Shown: one piece after another, positions 49,386-58,800 of the stretch | Layout: each line of letters starts with the position of its first letter | How positions within the stretch are numbered: position 1 is the first letter of the stretch | Notes under the pieces: model-generated | Database searches by the model: none | What the model was told of the DNA's origin: nothing | The model's input: the letters and a program-made list of their open reading frames with translations, nothing else | Source of the DNA: Patescibacteria group bacterium | GTDB taxonomy: Bacteria > Patescibacteriota > UBA1384 > XYA2-FULL-43-10 > 1-14-0-10-43-13 | Direction of reading: 5' to 3' | Length of the DNA: 64,000 nucleotides | NCBI GenBank assembly: GCA_041649155.1 | Contig: JBAZNP010000001.1 | Location: 673,183-737,182, forward strand | Translations under genes and position numbers: made by a program

Positions 49386-49503
49386 AATTTCTAAATCCTA
49401 ATTTCTAATGTCAAATAAAATAACAAATGCTCAAATGTTTAAAATAATTTATAAATTTGATTTTTAGATTTTTATTTGAAATTTGTAATTTAGGATTTGT
49501 CAT
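49386..49503. repeat. AT-rich ~7-bp periodic inverted repeat
   Basis: TTCTAAATCCTAATTTCTAATGTCAAAT ... ATTTGAAATTTGTAATTTAGGATTTG; related to 311-432 and to tgt 32551-32614. Confidence 0.65.
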
Positions 49504-49551
49504 TATGCTGATATTCTGGAAAATAAACTAATTTTTCTTTCTCGCGCTCCC

Positions 49552-50463
49552 CTACTTTGCAATAGCAGTAGAAGGGATTTTCTTTTCCTGCCATTTAACC
49601 AGAATTGCCGTGGCAACAAATATTGAGGAGTAAGTACCAAAGAATATACCAATGATCAAAGTTAGTACGAAATGTCTTATGGAAGTTCCGCCTAGGACAA
49701 ATAATGAGATTAATACAATAATCACTGTTAAGGAAGTATTTATTGATCGCGCAAGTGTTTGATTAACACTTTCTTCTGCTATTATTGTAACGCCTTTATG
49801 CGGGTTTTTAATAAAGTTTTCACGCAATCGGTCATAAACGACGATTGTATCATGAACGGAAAAACCCATTATAGTAAGAAGCGCAGTAATAAATAAAGCA
49901 TCTACTTCCACCCATGGAACAAAATGGGATATCACAGCAATCGCACCGGTTGTTATTAATAGGTCGTGAATTATGGCAACAACCGCTGATATACCGAATT
50001 TCCATGATGAAAGTGGTTTGGGTATCTTGCGAAAAGCAAAAGCAATATAAATTATGATTGCGATTGAAGCTAAAATCACAGCAATTATTGATTTAGTTGT
50101 TAGATCCTTGCTAATAGAAGGCCCGACGCTATCGTATAAACTTTCTTTGTAATCCCCTCCTAATGCGTTGGTGAGGTTTTCTGTTAATTTTGTGTGATCT
50201 TCATTTGAAAGGACTGGCAAGCGCAGGTTGATCTGATTATTGGCACCTTCTTTTATTTGATAGCCTGAGCTGAATTGTTGCTTAACTGTATTCTCAACAA
50301 TTGTAAGCTTGTTGGAATTATTTGAGTGCGCTTCAATAACCGTACCTCCTTTGTAGTCAATTCCGAGTCTTAAACCGAATACGGCGATTGCTACTATGGA
50401 CAAGACCATGAGAGATCCTGAAAATACAAACCAATAGTTTGAATTTTTAATAATTTTAAACAT
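49552..50463 (-). CDS. secF: Protein translocase subunit SecF
   Basis: GIDYKGG, VGPSISKDL, HDLLIT, GFSVHDTIVVYDRLRE, RSINTS, GTYSSIFVA. Confidence 0.95.
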   Translation of the reverse strand: MFKIIKNSNYWFVFSGSLMVLSIVAIAVFGLRLGIDYKGGTVIEAHSNNSNKLTIVENTVKQQFSSGYQIKEGANNQINLRLPVLSNEDHTKLTENLTNALGGDYKESLYDSVGPSISKDLTTKSIIAVILASIAIIIYIAFAFRKIPKPLSSWKFGISAVVAIIHDLLITTGAIAVISHFVPWVEVDALFITALLTIMGFSVHDTIVVYDRLRENFIKNPHKGVTIIAEESVNQTLARSINTSLTVIIVLISLFVLGGTSIRHFVLTLIIGIFFGTYSSIFVATAILVKWQEKKIPSTAIAK

Positions 50464-51751
50464 GAATAAGTCCTTTTGCTCTGCTGCCGGCAATTAATAG
50501 TAGGATGGTTCTTGTTACGGTTATAGCCGTAAACAAACTGATAGCAATACCAATGCCCAGTGTTAAGGCAAATCCCCGAACTGGTCCTGATCCAGCAGTG
50601 AAATAGAGAATTAAACAAGTGATGATCGAAGATAGGTTTGAGTCTTTAACGGAACTCCATGCTCTCTTGAAACCATCAATTATTGATAAATTTAATGTTT
50701 TACCTAGCGCCATTTCCTCTCTCATTCGTTCAAAGATTAGAATATTGGCATCAATTGCCATTCCGATAGAAAGGACGAAACCGGCGATACCAGCTAAAGA
50801 TAGTGTAACTGGAATTAATTTATATAGAGCAAAACTGATTATCGAGTAAAAAACCAAAGCTATCATCGCAATCAGTCCTGAGGTTTTGTAATAAGAAACC
50901 ATAAATATTCCAACTAAGAGAAGGCCGACTATGCCGGCGACAGCACTTTTTTGCAGTGAATCTTTGCCGAGTGTAGCTCCAACGTTCTGTTGCCCGATTA
51001 AAGTGGCTGGAACTGGCAGCATGCCCTCATTGAGGCGCTGAGCCAGCTCTTGTGCTTCTTTAATATTGTTTGATCCAGTTATAATGGCTTCGCCATTGGT
51101 TAATTCTGTTTGAACAGTTGGCGCAGTAACTATTTTATTATCTAAAACGACAGCTATTTGTTTTTGGACATTCCTTTTTGTTAATTCGGCAAATTTTTCC
51201 TTGCCGACATTATCAAATTTAATTGTTACGACTGGTTCTGACTGTAAATTACTCTGGCTGCTGTTTTGGAAAGTGTATTCGGCTGATTTTAATTGCCGTC
51301 CATTTAGATCGGTCTTTTTCCAGTAACCAGGATATGTGAAGCTGGGATCATAATAGTCATTTAGCTGCACCCCGTCTTCTGCTGTTCCTGTTTCCATAAA
51401 TACGAGTTCGTATGTTGCTCCGATCTTATCAACAGCCTGATTTATGTCTTTGACGCCTGGCAGTTCAACAATAATCTTACTAGTGCCGGAGGTTTGAATG
51501 GTTGGTTCAGCTACGCCAAGCTCATCTATTCTATTCCTAAAAACGTTTGCAAGGTTATTTAGATCCTTTATTTTGTCGGTTGATGCCGATAAATCGGCCT
51601 GATAAACAAGTTCGGTTCCGCCAACTAGATCAAGACCCAAAACAGCCTTAATTTTTTGCCCGGCAATCGGACTTTTAGGCACGTCAATTAGTACACCGAA
51701 AGTGACAATGACTATAATCACAGCAAACATTATCCAAAGATTTCTTTTCAT
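50456..51751 (-). CDS. secD: Protein translocase subunit SecD
   Basis: LGLDLVGG, RIDELGVAEP, VGATLG, GIAGFVLSIGMAIDANILIFER, VRGFA. Confidence 0.95.
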   Translation of the reverse strand: MKRNLWIMFAVIIVIVTFGVLIDVPKSPIAGQKIKAVLGLDLVGGTELVYQADLSASTDKIKDLNNLANVFRNRIDELGVAEPTIQTSGTSKIIVELPGVKDINQAVDKIGATYELVFMETGTAEDGVQLNDYYDPSFTYPGYWKKTDLNGRQLKSAEYTFQNSSQSNLQSEPVVTIKFDNVGKEKFAELTKRNVQKQIAVVLDNKIVTAPTVQTELTNGEAIITGSNNIKEAQELAQRLNEGMLPVPATLIGQQNVGATLGKDSLQKSAVAGIVGLLLVGIFMVSYYKTSGLIAMIALVFYSIISFALYKLIPVTLSLAGIAGFVLSIGMAIDANILIFERMREEMALGKTLNLSIIDGFKRAWSSVKDSNLSSIITCLILYFTAGSGPVRGFALTLGIGIAISLFTAITVTRTILLLIAGSRAKGLIHV

Positions 51752-51804
51752 AAATTTCTCCGTTTCTATCTAATATGATAGTTCATTTGACCACTGTCAG
51801 TCAA

Positions 51805-52434
51805 TCATATCATTGGATAAATGGCGATTTCCTCTTCTTTTAAGAGCTTAGGAAAAATATCGCTTTCAAGCATGGAGAAACCGTTCGGTAAGTGATTGAA
51901 AATTTCTGATTCTAAGATATAAGCTCCTTCTAGTGCTGACAAATTATTTGTGGCTATTGTGGCGGTATTTTTTTGTTTTCTATGAAAAGAGATCAATTTT
52001 TCCAAGTTAATTTTTAAGACTTCATCTGTATTAACTACTATAAAAGTTTTGTTAAAGGTCTTTTTGAGTTGTTTTATTGCTCCTCCTGAGCCTTCGCCTT
52101 CAATATATTTTATCTCTAATCCGAGGTCTTTTCCGTCGCCTAGTTTTTGAATTATTTTATCTCCCAAATATCCAATTGCGACATGCACCACAGTGCAGCC
52201 ATATTTTTTAAGGAGCTTTAAATTTTCTTTTGCTGTGGGTATTAACTTGAGAGCGTCCTTACCTCCCAGCAATAAAATAGCATTTCTGGTTTCACCTGAG
52301 TTTAGGGCTGTAGTGGTGAGTGTCTCAATCGCATGTGAGCGATTTCTGATATTCATTCCGTCTATCGTACCATCAATTTCTTTTAGCAGGTTTTTTTTAA
52401 TTGAGATCGTTATTCTTTCGCGTTCCATGCTCAC
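51805..52434 (-). CDS. Ribbon-helix-helix domain fused to a degenerate nucleotidyltransferase-like domain
   Basis: RERITISIKKNLLKEID..NRSHAIE; AILLLGG, GYLGDKI..LGDG, FIVVNTD. Confidence 0.7.
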   Translation of the reverse strand: MSMERERITISIKKNLLKEIDGTIDGMNIRNRSHAIETLTTTALNSGETRNAILLLGGKDALKLIPTAKENLKLLKKYGCTVVHVAIGYLGDKIIQKLGDGKDLGLEIKYIEGEGSGGAIKQLKKTFNKTFIVVNTDEVLKINLEKLISFHRKQKNTATIATNNLSALEGAYILESEIFNHLPNGFSMLESDIFPKLLKEEEIAIYPMI

Positions 52435-52539
52435 CTTTCTTTAATGTTGATAAAATAATTTTGTTATTAATACTAAAATTACCGTACCATATACTTTTTT
52501 TGAGTGCAAATATTAATATGAATTTGTATGATTAAGGCG

Positions 52540-53505
52540 TTAAATTGACTTTAAATTATCGAGAACTGATTCCATGTCTTTGGGAATTGGTGCCTCAAAT
52601 GTTGAGTGTTTGACATCTCCTGGTAATGAAATCTCCAGAGTTCTGGCATGCAATAATTGCCTTTCAATTCCCATTTTTTGGGATAGGTTGTCACAATGTT
52701 TGTTGCCATAAAATTGATCGCCTAAAACAGGAATTCCAATCAGACTCGCCTGTACTCTGATCTGATGCGTTCTTCCTGTTTTGATATTAAATTCAACCAG
52801 TGAAATTCTATTATGTTGGCTATCTTCAAAACATTGTAATACTTTGTAATCAGATATTGCTTCTCTCCCCTTCTCTTTTCCAATATCTGCTATCATTTTT
52901 CTATTTTTCGGGTGTCTTCCTAGATAATTAATTAATCTTCCTTCGGATTTTTTGGGCCAGCCACAACAAAGAGCAATATAAATCTTTTTAACAGTGCGGT
53001 TTTGTATCTGCTTTGACAATGAGTGCATTGTCCTTTCATTTTTTGCGATGATTATTACTCCTGATGTATCTTTATCTAAACGATGAACTAAGCCAGGTCT
53101 TTGCTCGGAGACAATATTGCCTTTTTCATATACGGCCTCCCGTATTTTAGGGAAATAATCTAAAAGCGCATTCACTAGCGTTCCACTGCTATTTCCGGCA
53201 GCAGGATGGACTACAATTCCTGGTTGTTTGTTTACGACAATAACGTTCTCATCTTCGTAAATAATATCCAGGTTAATTTTTTCAGGAACAACCTCCTTTT
53301 TTAATCTTGGAGCAATATTTATTTCGATTAAATCTAGTGAGTTAATTTTATAGCTGGGTTTAGTGCTATTTTTGTTTACAGTTACCATATCTTTCTTGAT
53401 CAAACTAGAAAGTTGAGACCTAGAAAATTCCGGCAATTTCGCAACTAAAAAAGAATCTAGACGCTTCCCTACTTCATTTGATTTTGCTTCAATTTTTTTT
53501 ATCAT
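52540..53505 (-). CDS. rluD: RluA/RluD-family pseudouridine synthase
   Basis: S4 domain RLDSFL, NKQPGIVVHP, VHRLDKDTSG, TGRTHQIRV. Confidence 0.93.
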   Translation of the reverse strand: MIKKIEAKSNEVGKRLDSFLVAKLPEFSRSQLSSLIKKDMVTVNKNSTKPSYKINSLDLIEINIAPRLKKEVVPEKINLDIIYEDENVIVVNKQPGIVVHPAAGNSSGTLVNALLDYFPKIREAVYEKGNIVSEQRPGLVHRLDKDTSGVIIIAKNERTMHSLSKQIQNRTVKKIYIALCCGWPKKSEGRLINYLGRHPKNRKMIADIGKEKGREAISDYKVLQCFEDSQHNRISLVEFNIKTGRTHQIRVQASLIGIPVLGDQFYGNKHCDNLSQKMGIERQLLHARTLEISLPGDVKHSTFEAPIPKDMESVLDNLKSI

Positions 53506-54353
53506 TTTAAAAAACCGGATATGCTAGTATCGCTGTTAACCCTATATCGATTAAGCTCAAATAAATTCTCAAAAGTTGTTAACTTGCTTTTTGTGGTTAC
53601 GGCATATTTATAGCCAGTCTCTTTGACGATTTGAGCCGTTTCTTCGGAAAATTTCCCCGAAGGATAGCAGAAAGAAATTACATTGTTGCCGATAAGCGAT
53701 TCAAGAGCTTTCTTGCTGCTTGAAATTTCTTCCTGTGCTCTACTGGAGGACGATGTGCTTAAATCCGGATGTGATAAAGTGTGAGAGCCTATTTCTATTC
53801 CATTTGAATTTATCTCTTTTATCTCTTTTTCGCTTAAGTAATCATTCTTGCCAATATCATTTACAATAACGAAAACCGTGCCGATCATTCCTCTTTTTTT
53901 AAGCTCGGGATAGGCATTTTGATAAAAGTTTTCATATCCATCGTCAAAAGTTAGTATTATTGGTTTTGTTGGAGTATTACCAGTACTTAAATCATTAAAA
54001 GTAATTGTTGTATATCCTTCGTTTTTAATTAGATCAAGTTGCTTGGCAAATTTTTCCGGCGAAACTGATAAATTAGTTCCTATTTTGTCATTTGGATCAC
54101 TAAAATCACGAATGTGATGATACATTAAAACTGGCATCGACAGGTTTTGTAGATTTGCTTCATTTGTTGATGTGGATGTGGTGTTATCTTCAGTCTTATC
54201 TTCAATTGAAGATATTTTCACAATCTCCGAGTCGTTATTATTCTGTGTGGACGGAGAAATAACTTTTTCATTTTTAATGAAAATAATTCCGCAAAAAATT
54301 AATGCAGAAGCAACTGTTAATATTATAATTTTTTTTGATTTGCGTTTTTTCAT
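53502..54353 (-). CDS. Polysaccharide deacetylase (CE4)
   Basis: PVLMYHHI, LTFDDGY, IGSHTLSH, FCYPSG; N-terminal TM. Confidence 0.9.
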   Translation of the reverse strand: MKKRKSKKIIILTVASALIFCGIIFIKNEKVISPSTQNNNDSEIVKISSIEDKTEDNTTSTSTNEANLQNLSMPVLMYHHIRDFSDPNDKIGTNLSVSPEKFAKQLDLIKNEGYTTITFNDLSTGNTPTKPIILTFDDGYENFYQNAYPELKKRGMIGTVFVIVNDIGKNDYLSEKEIKEINSNGIEIGSHTLSHPDLSTSSSSRAQEEISSSKKALESLIGNNVISFCYPSGKFSEETAQIVKETGYKYAVTTKSKLTTFENLFELNRYRVNSDTSISGFLK

Positions 54354-55483
54354 TACTCTATTAAATCATTTGTTTTTTGTTCTAGAATGTTTTGACTTTT
54401 AATTTTATCCACAACTGAAGTTAATTGTCTATTTCTAGTATTTGCTACTACATCGAATTGTTTGCCAGCTGAAGATATTCGATCACCCAAAGTATCAACT
54501 GCAGCACAATATTTTTGATATTCAGTATCAAATTTTTGAATTAAGCCGATAATGTGGTGAAGATTTTCCTGATATCGGAAGTTTGTGTATGCCTGCTTGA
54601 CCATTCGCAAAATAGCAGTGAAACTAAATGGTCCTGCTAAAATTACTTTTTTTTGCATCGCTTCTTCCCAAATATCATTCATTTTATCGTAAATGAAGCT
54701 GAAAATCATCTCATTTGGAATAAAAAGTATGACAAAATCAACTGTTTTTTCTTCAGGGTTAATATAATCTCTGGTGCAAACCTGTTTAATCTTATTCTTT
54801 ACGTCCTGTTTAAAATCTCTCAAATAACGCTCTTTTGTGGTTTTGTCATTTGATTCAACATATTTTACTAATGAAGAATAAGGAAACTTAACATCAATGT
54901 TGATTTTAGTTTGATCTGGTAAGAAGATCGTAAAATCCGGCCTAGTGTCTCGTGTTTGCTGAGTTTCATTCTTTGAGTAGTCTTGTCCAATTACTAAACC
55001 TGCCATTTGCAGTAAATTTTCAGCTACCTGTTCGCCAAATGCTCCTCGCATTTGGTTGTTGGAAAGAAGTTCCTTTAGCTTATCAGTACTTAGCTTTAAG
55101 TCGCCAGTTATTTCTTTATAGCTTTTCAATTCGTTTTGTAGTGCTGAAAAAGATTTTACCCTGTCTTCATCGCTTTTAGTAATTCGTTCTTCGTTTTTTC
55201 TTATGTCTTTTCTTATCTCGTTTATTAGCTCTCCGATTGCAGATTTCTTGCCGTCTAAATCTGTTTTGATCTCATTTTTCTGTGAATTCAGAACTTCTTT
55301 CGCCAGTGTTAAAAATTGTTCTGTGTTATTTTTTAAGGCGTCGTTTGAAATTCTGGCGATCTTGTCTTCCAAATTCATGTCATCAACATTTTTTGTATTC
55401 TTTTTCTTAATTAAAATATTGGCGGCAATTGTTCCAATTATGGCTGCCAAAAATACTGAGATAATAATAAGTATGTTGTTCAT
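54353..55483 (-). CDS. rmuC: DNA recombination protein RmuC
   Basis: RGAFGEQ, RPDFTIFLP..IDVKFP, DFVILFIPNE. Confidence 0.9.
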   Translation of the reverse strand: MNNILIIISVFLAAIIGTIAANILIKKKNTKNVDDMNLEDKIARISNDALKNNTEQFLTLAKEVLNSQKNEIKTDLDGKKSAIGELINEIRKDIRKNEERITKSDEDRVKSFSALQNELKSYKEITGDLKLSTDKLKELLSNNQMRGAFGEQVAENLLQMAGLVIGQDYSKNETQQTRDTRPDFTIFLPDQTKINIDVKFPYSSLVKYVESNDKTTKERYLRDFKQDVKNKIKQVCTRDYINPEEKTVDFVILFIPNEMIFSFIYDKMNDIWEEAMQKKVILAGPFSFTAILRMVKQAYTNFRYQENLHHIIGLIQKFDTEYQKYCAAVDTLGDRISSAGKQFDVVANTRNRQLTSVVDKIKSQNILEQKTNDLIE

Positions 55484-55533
55484 TTCGATTCCCTCTTTTA
55501 TTAATTAGGCGCGACTGTTCAATACTCTCCTGT

Positions 55534-55650
55534 GTCATCCCGACCAACGTGGAGGGATCTGTTAACAGTTAATTCTTTTTATTTGTAAGATTTCCCTGCC
55601 TGCCGGCAGGCAGGTCCGCCCCTCAGACAAGGCCGAGGAGTCGAAATGAC
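55534..55650. repeat. GTCAT..ATGAC double-arm repeat with a nested 20-bp palindrome
   Basis: GTCATCCCGACCAACGTGGAGGGATCT ... AGATTTC[CCTGCCTGCCGGCAGGCAGG]..GTCGAAATGAC. Confidence 0.8.
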
Positions 55651-55847
55651 AGCGGCGAGTGAGCATTGCAATTAAATATAGCATTATTGTAGCATAAATA
55701 TTTAACCGAACAAATGCTGAACATAACAACACAGATTTCTTACACAGATCGAACACTGATACAGGGTGGTCAATAGGACGTTTTACTAATAAAATCGCTG
55801 GCAATATGCCAGTGATTTTATTAGTCTTTCTATTCCCTTTTCTTTCT

Positions 55848-58800
55848 CTACAACTTCACAAATCCGAATATCCTCTGTAGTGATTCCAGTATTACTTCAA
55901 GTGGTCCTTTGTCTTTTTGCGCTGTTGGAGTGGTGAAGGTAAAGTCTCCTGAGACTGCGGTGTTGCCATTGGCATCTTTTGAGGTTGTTCTAAAGTGGTA
56001 GGCTGTGTCAGGAGCTAAATCTTCCAGTGTTACGGAGTGACCCATATTCAGAGATTCTTCTTCTCTTGTCTTTTGTCCATAGTTTCCGCTTGTGCCAAAT
56101 TCAACCTGACTGCTTGCTCCTCTGTTTGTATCCCATGATACAGTTAATTGTACTTTATCTTTAGCTACCAACACTGATTCTTCTATCACCTTGCTATTTG
56201 TAACTTCCAGTGTTGAGTCGTCTCCGACTATCGGCTTTCTCACTACAGGGAGCCCGTCATTTATGCGGTATCTAAAGGTTGTGTTTAGACTCAAGCCTTT
56301 GTCTATGAAGTAGCCATTACTATCAGTGTTAATGCTAGAGTAACTGCTATCATCATTGCTCTTTTCTACCTTTGATCCTTTTGGAAAGGTCAGAACATTT
56401 TGATAGAATCCCTTTTCTTTAAACGATACATCTGTAACTAGAAGATTGTTGGAAAATCCCTGAAGCGACTCCAATGAGTTAGTATCTGAAGACGTGGTGT
56501 CAGCCGCTTTTGTGTTGGTTGTTGTTAATACCCTGAACAGCCCTTGTAATGTATCAATGATGATCTTGAGAATTGATTTGTCTTCCGGTGCAGGTTTCGT
56601 TGTAAATGAAATATCTTCACTTACAAGTTCTTTACCATAAATGTCCTTGCTTGTTACTTTTGCATGATAAGTGGTCGCTGGTTTTAGATCCTTAAGAAGA
56701 ACATTGTGTCCTTGGTTTAAGCTTTCATCTAATTCTGTTTTGTTTCCATAACTGGTAGAGGCTCCATATTCAACTAAGCTTGTTGCTGGATAGACAGTTT
56801 TCCATGAAACAGTAACGGTGGTTTTGTCCTTAGCTACTACAGAAGAAGCAGTGCCTTTTGGATCAGAGATGACATCTGTTTCAATTGCTTTTCCTGTCGT
56901 ATTAACTTTAACTACTCCTGTTTCTGAGCTATTGCCGGCATTGTCAACTGCTTTCACTTTGTAGACATAATCTCCGGAAGTAACATCTGCGTCTAATAGA
57001 TAATATGGCTGGCTCTCATTTCCAGTGTAATTAGTATTAGTATTTTCTTTCTTCGGATTGATATCCCCTATCTTGGCATCTCCCTTAAAGACCTCGTAAT
57101 TTTTAATTAAAGAAGTGTCATCATTTGATCCAGCAAAGTCTAGATAAATGGCATAAACAGAAGCAGCAGTATTGGAAACATTGAATACCCTAAGATCAGA
57201 TGGAATAGTTGGGGCAATGCTATCAACTATTACGGAAAATGTAGAAGTAGCCTTTTCGTTGCCGGCATTATCTAAAGCACGAGCTACAATTGTGTGATTG
57301 CCTTCTGTATAATCTTTCCATTCATAATTCCAGGAATTAGAACTTAGATCTTCGCTCTGAGAACTTAGGGTAGTAGTATTCCAGTCACCATTATCTATTT
57401 GGATTTCTACTTTATTTAGTCCGACTATTGGTTTGGAGGCAGTACCAGAAAGAGCGATTGATTTAGAATTAACGTATTGGCCGGAAGTTAAGTTATCTAA
57501 TGTAATCACAGGACTGGTTTGATCGATCAATACACTCCCCTCAAGAGAGAAGCTGCTTATATGACCAACATTGTCAACTGCCTTAATCCTAATGTAGTAT
57601 GTGCCGACAGAAGCAAAGGTTTTTGATATTGAGTTAGTAGTTACAGTTGTGCCATTTACTATGTCAGTGCCACCAGAGATTGATCCAATGTAGACTAAGT
57701 ATTCCTTAATTCCTGAACCATTACCGTCAGAAGCGGCATTCCAGTTAAAGCTAACCGTTAAATTATTAGTAGGATTGGCAGAAGCTGCAGGAGTAATACT
57801 GCTCAAATCAGGAGTGATAGTGTCGACTTTAACCTCTCTTGACCCAGGAGACAATGAATTAGAATTTCCGGCGTTATCAACGGCATAATATGTTAGAATA
57901 TTATTTCCTTCAGGGGCAGTAATAGCAGAAGAGTAATCAGCCCAGTCCCCGTTCCCCCATCTATACTTGATACCGGATACACCACTGCTATCGACATCCG
58001 TAGCTGACAAAGTCACAGTCGGAGCGGAAGTGTAATATCCGTTTGTATCAGGAGATGCGGGGTTGATGGATGAGGATGATGAAGGATTAACAGTATCCAA
58101 TTTAATCTCTCGATTAAAGGTGGATGAGACATTTCCTGCTATATCGACACCATAGTAGTAAACAGTATTTACTCTTTCTGGTGCAGTTAAAGCGGTAGAG
58201 TATGTGCTAAAGTCGCCACTACTACCCCATCTGTAATATATCGAACCGGCACCACTCAAAGCATCTGTCTCTGAGAATGTAACAGAAGGAGCTGTTCCTT
58301 TGTAGTATCCGTTAATACCATTTACCTCAGAAGGAGAAACAGAGATATCTACAGCAGACGGAGCAGCAGTGTCTACTTTGTATTCTGTAATTGAAGGATC
58401 ATCAAGACCAGAATTATTGGCTTCATCTGTAGCATATGCATAAAGAGAATTCGTTCCTTCTGGAGCAGTAACTGGAGTAGAATAAGTCAAGTAATCTCCA
58501 GAGCTTCCCCATCTGTAATATATTCCTGTCACAACCGGCCCGATTGACTCGGCCGATAAAGTAATGGTCGGAGCAGTTGTCTTAAACCAATTATTTGATC
58601 CGTTCGGAGATACGGGATTAGAAACAGAAATTACAATCGGTGCTGTATAAACAAAATTCCAACCGTTGTTATTGCCGCTATCAATAACATTACTATAATT
58701 TCCAGGAGTGATTATTCCTCCTGTAATGTTTGAATTAGCAACTTGAATATATTGATCAGACGTAAATGAAGCAGGGATAGCAATTGTATATTGATCTGAC

